Shown: positions 50,020 through 62,000, counted from the first letter of the whole stretch. The stretch: 63,965 bases of DNA, filler included, from Choristocarpus tenellus KU-1152 (GCA_964200185.2; 16 parts of 16 records of this genome joined end to end with filler, not necessarily neighbours in it), one strand, 5' to 3'. Notes: generated by a model from the sequence alone, not told the origin. Numbers and translations: made by a program.

Positions 50020-52260
50020 TTTTGTACTCTACCAAATCAATAGCAACACGTTGAAATGGTCTGTCAACAGGCATACGGACAGTGGGAAGCGTAGGTTTCT
50101 TATGAGCAGTCTTATGTGTTTGGCATGCTTGACAGTCACGACACCATGTACGAACGTCGATATTGAATGTTGGCTACCATTACGAGTCTCTCACCTTAAC
50201 GAACGTGGGTTTGAAACCTAATTGGCCTCCAGACAATTCATGGTTATGACAAGCATGGAGTACAAGACGGACTAACGAGTGAGGAACGACCAACTGGTCT
50301 CTAAACGTGCTCCTCTTACGAAGGTGGCCTGGTAAATACGAACAGTAAGCCATTACGAAGGAAAAAATACGACATAGTGTGAATCGTGTGATTCTGTGGC
50401 GGTGGGGCGACGTTGGGGGACTGCAAATACCTGAAATATGGTCCGAACTCGGATTCCTGCTCCTTGCGCAATTGCTCCAGGTCCACCGCAGGAAACACAG
50501 TAGTGGAACTAGTAAATTGTTCGCGATCACTTTGGACGGGCGTTGCTTGGTCAAGCTTAGAAGCAGATAACTCATATTCCTTTTGGACACGTGTGGTAAA
50601 TGCACGACTACCTTCAGGCACATTACGACAGATTGGTACCAGCATTAGAGCAATGGATTTCTCCTGTTCCTCAAACTTGAAAATACGAGATAGAGTATTA
50701 GGTATAACTTTGAGCTTACCGGGCTTGTGTTTGACAGTGAAATCATAAGCTTGGAGGGCAATAGCCCAACGAGTAAGCATGTTACTGGTATCCTGCATTC
50801 TATGCAAGTAACACAATGCGGCCTGATCTGTGATGCAGGTAAAGTGTCTACTGCAAAGATATGGTCGCTAATGAGTGATAGCTGTGACGACTGCATGACA
50901 CTCTCTTAATGTAGCTGAATAGTGACGTTGAGCTTCAATAAATTTCTTGCTGAAGTATGCAATGATTCCTAGGTCTGCAGGATTATCGGATCGAGGTTGT
51001 GCTAAAAAACCTCCAGCACCACTCTCACTTGCAGCAACATGGACGAAGAATTCTTTGGTAAAAATTCTACCCACCGAGCATCAACTGTTTCAGGGGATGC
51101 TGGACCATACTGACTAGAATGCAAGGAAATTGCCACATGCCATTTAGAGAATAGGAGTGGCAAATCTTCTTCTCCAGAACCTGTAATTGTCAGATCCGAT
51201 GGTATATCCGAAGCGGAAAACCTGAAACGACTCCCTTCTGACAAAGCCCGTTCCCTGAACTTGGAGTTTCATCAGGTCCTAAAGCCGTTCAGAAGGCGCT
51301 GTGTTTGTTCTTGCGCACTCGTTGATGTGGTGCGCGATGAACGCTGGTACAGCATCACCGAACTTGTCTTGCAAAATGGCCACCTCACAAGTAGTAGAAC
51401 TTGGAGGCGGGACCGGTTCTTCCTGAAACAGGACCCGATGAGTGTCACGGTCGACCGAGCTGACATGATACTCGAGGGTTGACGACACGGGTCTGGCATG
51501 GGCCTGCCGATCTTGGACCTCCTCTTCTGGTGTTCTGGATGGTTCCAGATTTGGAGTTATACGCTCCTGTGCATGACGTTTTCGCCTCGATCTTGAGTTC
51601 GGCATCTTTCGTCCATAGTCGAATAGAAATTCCCCATCACCCTATTTCTGAGGTCACTGGTGTCGCCAATGCGAATCGTGTGATTCTGTGGCGACGTGGT
51701 TCACTCAGGTAAGGGTGGTGAAGAGAATCACTGGGCAAGACGGACCGGACGAACAAGGACGAACCGTAACCGAGGGTACGAGGTTTGGGTTGGACAAGTG
51801 CAAACTGAGGAGTCATGAGCATCTTCAAAGAAGGGCCTCATGACTACAAGTCAAGACATGAGAACAAAGTGGATCTTCCACGTGTGACAACTCTGAATGA
51901 CGAACTGTCCCAAGTCTGTGGGATTGGTCTCATGAAGAGATTCCATGGTTTCATTCTGACGGAAGGTCTGCCAGTGGAATCATGGATACTTGACAATGAA
52001 CCTCAAACGGTACAATGTTGTAACGGTATATCGCATACGGCAATAAATGTATAACAACAGACAAACATGCTTTCCACACTTGTGATGGTTGTCAGGAATA
52101 TGCTTTGATGATTTTAATTCGATGTCTATGTGAGAGCCATCTTCCACAGAAGGTATACCCTGAAGGTGATCTATCTTGAACATGATGATATTCATATGAC
52201 ATTTGTTCTTGCATGTTGAACGTAACATCTGCTTGAAGTAAGAAGTAAGATCGGGTGGTT
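50020..52260 (-). mobile_element. Degenerate Ty3/Gypsy LTR retrotransposon interior (RNase H + integrase N-terminus; upstream gag/protease remnant less certain)
   Basis: FFVHVAASESGAGGFLAQ...IAYFSKKFIEAQRHYSATLRECHAVV...ITDQAAL.YL...LTRWAIALQAYDFTVKHKPG; zinc-binding region HACHNH..GG..G...CRDCQACQ; RPFQRVAIDLVEY. Confidence 0.88.
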
Positions 52261-52617
52261 TGGAGTGACCTCGTACTCTCTGAGATACTTTCACTCAAGG
52301 ATATTTGTAAGGCGGTCGCATCGCCCCTTGCGACATCGTAAAAGGTCTATGCACTCACTCTGTGTGATCTGACCGTCATTCTCCTTCAGGTGATATAGCA
52401 CAGTGATTTAGAAAATTCCGAAGTCTGCTGCAATGATGGCTACCACTGTCCCCCGAGGCATCTGAGTCTCACACCCTCTCACCTCCAGGCATTGTGCACC
52501 ATGATGTTCTACATCGGNNNNNNNNNNNNNNNNNNNNNNNNNNNNNNNNNNNNNNNNNNNNTTAATTAATTAANNNNNNNNNNNNNNNNNNNNNNNNNNN
52601 NNNNNNNNNNNNNNNNN

Positions 52618-52774
52618 GGGGGGTTCTACACCAGGGTGTCCATTTGGGGCAAAATCGGGAAAAATGCATTTACATTATCCATCCGAGGTATGCAACCAAA
52701 TCACCCGAAAATCGCATTATGAAAAAATTCACCCCAAACGGACAGCCGTCACCCCCTCCCAGATACTTTGAGCC
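52618..52774 (-). mobile_element. MITE family B, nearly full, broken at the poly-G
   Basis: Reverse copy ending CCCAGATACTTTGAGCC. Confidence 0.9.
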
Positions 52775-52959
52775 AGATGCAATATGTATATATATTAGAT
52801 GGAAGTGACTGAAGCACTCCGAGCAATGGGAAATAGGAAGATTACAGGTCCCGACATCTTCCGGTTGAGCTCACTGTGTGGAACCAGGAATTCGGGCCAC
52901 AGGTCTGGAAAAGATGCGATCATCTCCTTGCTCTCTACAAGAAGATAAAGACCACACTG

Positions 52960-53260
52960 ATCTTGGCAACCTACTGAGGCATCTCAATGGTAGCACATGC
53001 TGGTAAAGCCCTCCTCGAAGTTGTTTCACAGCAGTAAGTTGTGGGATTTCCTGGATCGGGAGAACATCCTTCGTGAGAAACAGTGTGGTTTCCAGCTCCG
53101 AAGCTCCACAGTGGAAATGATGTACCCTGTACATGCCCCCCAAGAGTTTGGTCGGGAAAGCAGTACCTATCTTAACGTGTTTTATTGATCTACAGAATGC
53201 ATATGACTCTGTTGATTGTAATCTCCTGTAGGTTGTGATCAATTTGGCATACCTCTAAAG
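52960..53260 (+). mobile_element. LINE (RTE-like) reverse transcriptase fragment
   Basis: GISMVAHAGKALLEVV ... ILREKQCGFQLRSSTVEMM ... QEFGR ... AYDSVD are typical non-LTR RT motifs. Confidence 0.8.
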
Positions 53261-53269
53261 AGGATCTCT

Positions 53270-53464
53270 GAGCCTAACCAATTGAGAGGTAGGCAGGGTT
53301 GCTTTTTAAGGATCCCACGAAAGTCCAGATTACGCTGTTTTGTACAATTGCAGAAAGAGCATTTGCTTAGTTGCAGTGTAACTTTTGTGTGTGGAAATGG
53401 GGAACATCGATTTTGCGTACAGTATTGTGCACATACAGCAATGAAATAGAGTGCACTGCACAGC
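53270..53464 (+). mobile_element. MITE family C, 3'-truncated
   Basis: GAGCCTAACCAATTGAGAGGTAGGCAGGG through AATAGAGTGCACTGCACAG. Confidence 0.88.
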
Positions 53465-53640
53465 GTAAACTCTTTTGCCAATTTAAACCCTACACCCCTC
53501 GGGAGCCTTTCATGACCCGGAGGAAAATCCAACGCGTAACGCAGAGCAAGTGCGGTGCGACCTTCCTCGGTCAGCTCGAAGTTCTTTCCGCGAGACGGTG
53601 GGCTTCGTACCGGGGACGATAGGCTGTGAGGGCTCGCCAT
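53465..53640 (-). mobile_element. Tc1/mariner-like transposase N-terminal HTH fragment
   Basis: ELTEEGRTALAL...RLPRGVGFKLAKEF resembles the LT...R......L.RG....LA..F start of plant/oomycete-type mariner transposases. Confidence 0.4.
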
Positions 53641-54525
53641 GGGGGTTGTGAGAGTGTTGTGCGACTCCAAACTATAACAGGACCATTCAAAAATGGAAAA
53701 AATATGCCCCATTCTGTGTTCCATTCTTTCGGAATCATTTCAGAACAGAAATATTTGTAGAATTCTTTGAAATGTAGTGCAAAATATTCTACGGAATCCA
53801 ACGCAAAAGTTCGTTTGCAATTGGAGATCATCCCATAGACCTACAACTTAACAACCCAGGCATATGGGACAGACGGACTATGTTTTTGGGGTGATGGTCT
53901 TTTTCTGCTGCTGGTTCTGTTCTTCCTTTTATTTTGTTTTCTTCTCTTGTTCTTTTTTTTTGTTCTTCCACTGATTTTTCAATATCCTTCTTGCCTTTCT
54001 CAACCAGTTTGTATTGTCTTTGTTTGGACTACGTTTTGGAGTGCGGAAGTTGTGGGGTCCCTCAGACTAATGTATGAAATACGTATGGAAGGACAGGGAT
54101 TTACGAAAGTTGGTGACAGGTAGGTGTGGAGAAATCCCGTGCATGATACTTTAAATGCCTCGCAAGGAGCAGAAATTCCTTCTTTTTTGGTTACTTGATA
54201 TCTTATTTTTTTCAGTCTACATGTTCCAAGTTCGCATGTACATTACGTGCGTGCGGATGAATCCTGGAGGTCCCGTCTCAGGAAGTATATTGGTTCATGT
54301 ATATCATGTAGGGTTAGGGTTAGGTATGAAGGGAGCATTGTTGTATATATTTTCTTACATTTTGGACATGTGTCAGGGAAAAGACCAAACCTGTATCAGA
54401 AGAATCCCTGGAAAAATAACAGTTGCCGTTAGTGCAAAAGATGTCTCTAGAAGTTATTACATTAGTTTTAAAGGGGAAGATTATGAGGTAATCTGATTTT
54501 TCTGGCGGGAGAATTCGCAGAGGGA

Positions 54526-54730
54526 TGGCGAAGGTTGGTCATACTAGTTGGTCATCGGATATGGCTGGTGACTGGAAACCAGTGGCTAAGGTTGGTCGCA
54601 CTGATTAGTCATTGGATAGGGTTGGTGACTGGAAATCACTGGCGAAGGTTGGTCGCACTGGTTGGTCACTAGATAGTAGGTTGGTGGCTGGAAATCAGTT
54701 GCGAAGATTGGTCGCATTGGATGGTCACCA
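54526..54730. repeat. Minisatellite, about 3.5 units of 57-59 bp
   Basis: Units start at 54526, 54583, 54640 and 54699 (TGGCGAAGGTTGGTCGCACTGGTTGGTCA...GACTGGAAA). Confidence 0.92.
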
Positions 54731-56744
54731 GAGGTGTTGTTAGGAGTAGCAGACTGGATGGAATGCTAAGACAATGCTAGTTAACAATATAGAATTCGTG
54801 AGCAACGCAAAACGGAAAATATCTTACGGAGATGTATCTTTTGTATTGATGAGAACTGTTATTTTTCAACACATATAGTTTTGGTCCTCGTGATGTAGGC
54901 TTCATTTTTTTCCTGACACATACATGTGCAATATGGTAAAAAGCATAGCAATTATAGTGTAGTTTTCGTTTTACCCTGACCACCATCAGCAAAATGTCAG
55001 AGTGCACTTAGCATCTAAGTCCTTAAACTAAGAGAAAGATATAGCAATAATAATAAAGTTCTCAATTTCAGAGGTGCTTGGGAATGGATGTGGGGTCGGA
55101 AGTGTCCAATTTCGTGAGGAACTTGCAAAGGGTACTGACCGATTGTGGCATTTTGGCCTGGCAAAGGGCCACCTTTAACTACTTCTAAGTATTGGGTCAA
55201 AGTATCTGGGGGGGGGTGTCGGCGTCCATTTTTNNNNNNNNNNNNNNNNNNNNNNNNNNNNNNNNNNNNNNNNNNNNTTAATTAATTAANNNNNNNNNNN
55301 NNNNNNNNNNNNNNNNNNNNNNNNNNNNNNNNNCCCCAAATGGACAAAGAGGGAAAAATTCGTACCCTCTAAGATACTTTCACTCTAACAGAGCGTGTCC
55401 AATACAAGGTTCAGACTACTAAAATATAAAACATTTTTTTAACAACTCTTCTCCATCTTTTCCACTAAGTTTCCAATCAATTCGCCAAGGCCTGCGATGG
55501 ATACATTGTCTTCTTACCAGCCGCTAATTGTTCTGTGAACCCTACTACCTACCTCCCCCCTGCTTCTCAATACTCTATGCACCATCTCATGCTTTGTCCA
55601 AGTGTCATCAGACGAGGGCCGATCTTGTCTTCCTTCAAATCTTGAGATCATGTACCGAAGTCCACGCCCGATGCTCCTAAGCACAACACCAACCCTGAAC
55701 CTAAACCAAACATGTGCCATGAACTCGACGAATGGCCTGAATCGCCACCCCCGCATACCGACGCTAACAATAACATTACCCTAACACTTACACTGAGCCC
55801 ATTTGAATCCCGTGCCAACCTAAAATACAGACAAGAGTCTTACCTGAATTACGTATCAGTGCCATCATCGACACTACTTACACCAAACCAACACTAGCTC
55901 ATCAGGATTTATTCAACCAACTAACCCTAACCCAGAATCAAGGGAAGTATATCTTGAGATACTTCCAGTGAAACGTACGACAATAGACCTTGACCAGTAA
56001 CCCTTTGTGAACACATCCAGAATCCGTCGACACATTGCATCAAAGAATCACAACACTAACCCGAAAGCAAAACCTGACCCTTTTCCCTTCCTTCATGCCA
56101 ACAACTTTAACTCTAACACCCTGAGCGACAACCGCGTTTGTGTACATACGAAACCCGACACATGCAAGCAACTAAACGAAATGCTAAATTAAAAAAAGTC
56201 CATGGTATATGTTTTAGTTCATTGTGCACACACCGGGAGAACAGACCCTAACTGACAGTCCTCTCTGTGTATATACCAGGCATGACTCATGCAAGCAAAT
56301 AAACGAAAAAATTAACCTTGAAACAGTCCATGGTCTTTTTTTCAGTTCCTCGTGCTAACACTGGGAAAACACACCCTAACCGACACCCCTCTTTATGTGC
56401 TAACCAAATCCCACTCATGCAACCAAACAAACCAGTATCTTGCCCTGAAACAACCAATGGACTATCTCTCATTTTTCATCCTAACTGTACGTAATAAGCC
56501 TGTTTGAACACATTCGAAATCCGACACATGCAAATGTCGAAACTCCTAACCAAGCCCAAATAAATGGTGGCATATATTACCATTCCTCTTGCGTACTCAA
56601 GGACAGAAGGGAAGCTAACCAACAGTCTTCTTTTTATTGCACACATTTCAAATCCGACACGTGCAACCAAATCAGACCAAAAAGTGAAAATCGAAAAAAG
56701 ACTGAAAAACAGACGCCGGCACCCCCCCCAGATAGTTTGACCCT

Positions 56745-57100
56745 GTACTCACCCTGTGCAATCTGGCTGTCATACTTCTTCAAGTGATGGAACATGGTGA
56801 TTAGGGAAATTCCTAAATCCTCCACGATGGCCGCTGTCCTCCGAGGCATCCCAGTCTCGGGTCCTCTCACCTCTAGACATTGCGCCACTATGCTGTTCTT
56901 CGTTGGGATGATGAGTCCTCGTCCCAGACAGACTTCTGGGGCGAAGAATTGGGACTGATGGGCAACGGTGGATTGAGTGAGCCACTCAAACGACGGGTGC
57001 CTTCGTCCTAGACATCCCAATAAGCACTTGCTTTGACAGTTTCATGAGGTTTTTCAACCCAATAAAATGCGATTTTGTCGACTTTGTCCAGGTGATCCTC
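56745..57100 (-). mobile_element. Tc1/mariner-like HTH fragment
   Basis: RRTAAIVEDLGISLITMFHHLKK fits T.R..A..LG.S..T..R.LK. Confidence 0.35.
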
Positions 57101-57549
57101 CACAGTCACGACATCCCACTATCTCAAACTTTGGACGCCTCCCAATCTATATGAGAACTAAGCTCTGTCCGTAGGGTTATCACGTGGGTCATTCCTGGGT
57201 GAGAAAGGAGGTTGCAAAAGTTATGCTACGTTTAATTCCGAACGGAGGAAGTAGTAGTTACTATATTTTGAAGTAGTGTAGCTTATTGTGTATCTGACCA
57301 CGAGTTTGGATGGTCCCTATACAAAAAAAAAGTGAAGTAAACATATAAATAATGATAATAACAAAAATCAACATGGAAGAAACTGTATTGAATGTTAGGC
57401 GCAAGAAGGGAAGATGATTTTTTTTGTGGTCCCATGCCTTCACAGCGAAGGAGTTCTTCTAATTTGTTTGAGCAAAGGAATCGCTTCCTCAAACACACGT
57501 TTTTCCCAAGAACATAAAATAACCACGTTCAATCTTGTCATCCCACCCA

Positions 57550-58001
57550 ACTATTTGCTTAGGCCGAGAATACCTACCTACAGCACTTCCAACCTACTCG
57601 AAAAAGAGAGGTGGATTGGTGACTCCAAGTTGAAACTGTCCAGTGCGGTATGTAAAGGGTGTCTTTATACAAGAGCAAATGCTCAAGGATTACGTCATCA
57701 GTTTTCATATCTTTGCATTTCCTACATTGGGGCCACAACCTCCACCTCCAATGTACTGTAGAGATGGGATCGAAGGTAGGGGATGTCCTCTTCAATGGAT
57801 TAAGATTCCCTGTTAAGAGTCTTGAGGATTGTTTTATGCATGCCATCTTGAACACAGAAAATGAGGGTTCAAACAATCGAAACTTTTCATCCTCCAACAA
57901 AAGGATCAAGAGACATCGGTCAGCAGTGGATTTCACTAAGCCCTGTAAGTGCATCATTATACATGGTACTCTAAACTGCACATATTGCACGTCTACTTCC
58001 G
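57550..58001 (-). mobile_element. Degenerate Copia RT fragment
   Basis: LQGLVKSTADRCLL (GF..S.ADPCL) and a later PHW. Confidence 0.35.
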
Positions 58002-58323
58002 GGGTCAAAGTATCTGGGGGGNNNNNNNNNNNNNNNNNNNNNNNNNNNNNNNNNNNNNNNNNNNNTTAATTAATTAANNNNNNNNNNNNNNNNNNNNNNN
58101 NNNNNNNNNNNNNNNNNNNNNACAAGCACCGAAATAGTTTTGAACAATAATATATCCCATTCAAAAAGGGGCCCTTAAAAAGTGCCACAACATTTACAAT
58201 AAGAAACATATCGGCACCTTTTCCCGGTCAATTTTGGGTCAAACCCATCCTCCATAGTACACTCCATCCTCAATTTTTGAAATCCACTGTTAAATGCATT
58301 CTAATGCAAACATCAAGGAATCC

Positions 58324-58590
58324 AATGTAAAAATCCGTTATTAAATCGGAGGTCATCCCGAAGAGGTGCACACATACGGGAACAGACTTACGAGACAGAG
58401 GCTTTATATTATCAGTAACAGAAAAGACGAGTAGCCTATGTTTCAACACGGTCCGGACCTTCCTATACTCTTCAAATATAGCTCATCTTAGGTACATTTT
58501 TCTGAGGAACCCAATGCACAAATCCGTTTTGAAATCGGAGGTCATCCGGAAGTGTTGCGTACATAAAGGAAAAGACTTACAGAACAGAGG
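58324..58590. repeat. Direct repeat pair (about 78 bp, 189 bp apart)
   Basis: AAATCCGTT.T.AAATCGGAGGTCATCC.GAAG...AGACTTAC....CAGAGG occurs twice. Confidence 0.85.
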
Positions 58591-60890
58591 GAGTAAGACA
58601 TTCTATTAGCCTTCATTGGATTTTTGGTATATACATATACATGAAAGAATCTTGGCCGGAATTAGTGGAAAATTGATTAATCATTTTGGATCTTTCAAGG
58701 TATCCATTTCCAGCCTTGATTTTCTAATTTTGAAGCTCACGATCTCTCTTTTCATCAAACTCGACGCATCTCACTCTTATGTGGTTCTTGGTCATTGGAA
58801 CACCCATCCACCCACCCATGGAAGCACACCTAAGTTTCTCCCCGTAGCTGCATATACCCTTCCCCATCGTTATCATTATTGTTCATGACAAAGTTTGTAG
58901 GGAGTTGGATGAGTTGCTCCTGGACTGCGTACGTTTCAGCTACATGCCTCATCACCAGTATCCACTAAGTCGGACTTACCGTCCTCCCCACCCCCTCTTA
59001 ACAACAGCTATTACGTGAGTCACCCTTCTAAACTCGGCTCCTCTTGTAGTGTTTCTGCCATTACCTTTGGCTGCCTTCATAGAGACTCCTCCAATCAATT
59101 GAACCTCGTCTTGAGAACTTAATACTTAAACAAATAATGGTAGCTAGTACGTCAAAGAAGCTGATGTTCTGAAGACCTGTGCATAATAATGTCTTGATTC
59201 TTTGTTGGGTTGGGCAAGTTGTAGATGAATGAAGATAGTAAACGAGGAGCGGGTTTTGAAGTCAAAGTGAACATCTCTTCTACGAAACCTAGCCCATGAT
59301 GTCGATCACTGATTACCTCATGTACAGAATACTGGATGCCAAGTATACTTTCTACCCCGTTTCCCTTTCCTCAAACTCTTCCATATTTCCACTCCATCAA
59401 CCCATACACATTTGTTGTCTACTACATTATCCCTGCTGTGGGGGCTGCAGAACTTTGTTCGAAATTTTGCTCCCTTCCTAAAACTTTCTGTGAACTATGA
59501 ATTAATTTGAACTACGAAAAAAAGAATGTATATTTTCCGTTCCTCGTATATTCTGGACTGCTGAATGAATTAGCCTTGTCTTGACCTTCCATCCACCCCC
59601 CCCCCTAAACACAGTAACATAATTTCTCCCTTCCCTCCACACACTATCCATGTTTCCACCTTATCAATGCGGTCAAATCTGTATCTCCAGACAACAGCCA
59701 CACCTGCCCACTCAAGCGTATCTACTGACCAACCCAGTGCAACCAACCTTCAACACAGGTTTCCAACCAATGCGACCAATCCACTCCACCTTCCTCCAAC
59801 ACTTTCCAGCACTTCACACCTCACCACAACAACCTCCCCAACACCACATTCATACATCAACACCCCTCCATCCACTTCAATACCTTCCCCAAACTCCACC
59901 TCCCCCCCCAAAAAAAAATCCCAGCGAGCAACTTGGGAGGGTAGGTGAAAAAAAAAATGCTCAGACATACGCCGTGATCTTGCCCTTCAAGTACCTAATC
60001 TGCCTCCATGCCATCTGGTTTTTAACTCATATACTCTCCTGTTCCTTCTTTACTTCCTGCTAAGACTCAGCTTACCATACGAATATATGCATCCTCCAAA
60101 TTCTCATCGACACAAATCTCATATTACGTCATAAACAAGGCCTGCTTGGCAAGTACCCAGTGCCTGTACATATTTGTGTATCCCTTGCAGGAGGAGCAAG
60201 TTCCCAAAACGATCAAACGACGGAAATTCTCGTCGTCCCATTGACTTATGATGCCCTACAAGCGATCTCAACTCTGATAAGGAGTGGGCTGGAAAAACCT
60301 GACTGTAGATGAAGGAGACGACGGTTGTTTGAAAGTTGATGAGATCCTTCTCAACTGGAATGGAAACATACCAGTTTGGTTCGACCTCATCCAGACCAAA
60401 CCAAACTGATGGCATCACAACAACTGCACAGTTCTCAACAGCAATCAAGGCCTCGAGAAACAAGGCAAGGAGAGGGGCTTGACATGTGTGCAGCAACTCT
60501 CCAGTATCGTCTCATTAAGGGCAAAGGCAGAGAGGAGCTGAGAGCACCACTGTCATGAAAACAGCACTTCGAGATGTTAGTCGTACACCTCGCCATACTT
60601 GCCAACATTTCTTGAGCAGTTCGCATTTCATTGCATGTACTCAAAACAGCTCCACCACTTGGACATCATATTACTACTGCCCTACCTTTTCTGTGAGCAC
60701 TACACCCCATGCTTACAGCTCCCCATCCTGCCCCACCGACCTCTGACTAGCTCTGAGTGTAAGCAGGATGTATCATTGGGCAGACTTTAATGTAGATACA
60801 GTTTTCTTATGTTGGGGAAACTTGGAAAAAAATCCTCTGAAGTTCATCTCACGACACAGGTGTGAAAAGAGTTCATTGCTCTTGATTGGA

Positions 60891-61050
60891 GGCTCAAAGT
60901 ATCTGGGGGGGGAGGGGGGGGTGGCGGCTATCCATTTCATTTCACGATTTTTGGGTGATTTGGTTTAGGACGTCGGGTGCATAATGCAAACGCACCTTTC
61001 CTGATTTTGACCCAAATGGACATCCTGGTGTAGACCCCCCCCCCCCCCAC
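60891..61050 (+). mobile_element. MITE family B lacking the right TIR
   Basis: GGCTCAAAGTATCTGGGG... to CCTGGTGTAGACCCCCC. Confidence 0.88.
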
Positions 61051-61207
61051 CCCTGATTTACCCCTTTACACGAGACACNNNNNNNNNNNNNNNNNNNNNN
61101 NNNNNNNNNNNNNNNNNNNNNNTTAATTAATTAANNNNNNNNNNNNNNNNNNNNNNNNNNNNNNNNNNNNNNNNNNNNCCCCCTAGAGCCCTACAACAAT
61201 GCCACAG

Positions 61208-61386
61208 GGCTCAAGATATCTGGGGGGGGTGGCGGCTGTCCATTTGGGGTTAATTTTTTCATGTCGCGATTTTTTAGGTGCTTTGGTTGCATACGTCGGA
61301 TGGACAATGTAAACGCACATTTCCTGATTTTGGACCAAACGCACACCCTGGTGTAGACCCCCCCCCCCCCACAGATACTTCGGATC
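61208..61386 (+). mobile_element. MITE family B, full copy
   Basis: Both TIRs present; flanks ACAG / ACTG (4-bp TSD with one mismatch). Confidence 0.9.
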
Positions 61387-61399
61387 ACTGACAATGTGC

Positions 61400-62000
61400 A
61401 GACCCAAGGTTTGTTTGGACTGGCACTACAAACAGATTGATAAGTTTAATTGCAATGGAGGCACTACCAGTGACGAAACTGAGATCAACCAACGGAGTTT
61501 TAACAGGTCTTTGATCGCTTCCGCAGGAATAGCCAAGTCCTTCATAACAGAACCACAGGCAAATCACTTGAGCTTAAATGATTACATTCTTAAGGATAAA
61601 ATGCTGGAGGTCTGTTCCATGTGTTGACATAGGAAATATGCCTGGTCCACTATTTCGCTCTCACAACCACAAATTCCTCCTGCGCTGCATCAAATTTTGC
61701 AACCAGGAGTGCACCAATCACATGGTTTTACAAAGATACGATTGTTGTGAAGAGTGGGTGTGGAAGTGTTGAGGTGACTGTGCAAAAACGGAGGTTCTTG
61801 TCAGAAAGGCCAGTCGCACGAGTGGAGAATTGAGTAACTTACGTAGGCTTGATGTTTGGGGGCCTTCCAAATCGAGTATGGAAGAAGCAAGGTGGAAAAG
61901 GAAGAGCTGATGGCAGACATCCCTGCAAGATACGACCTTGAGAAGATTTTGGAATCATGATTGAGGGATTAACACAGGGGCAACAAATTAACACGGGTGT
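61400..62000 (+). mobile_element. Possible LINE 3' remnant
   Basis: RRLDVWG/MFGG ... GGK ... LRRFWN region loosely resembles the RTE 3' tail (R.MFG...GG..K.W...DL..FG); very degenerate. Confidence 0.3.

Noticed and set aside
10838-55385. Family A/B repeats as CRISPR arrays or as a multicopy small-protein family (RLYPLRYFDS, PKWT ORFs)
   Set aside because: They are dispersed, with TIRs and TSDs and no repeat-spacer periodicity. The ORFs are not conserved in frame between copies.
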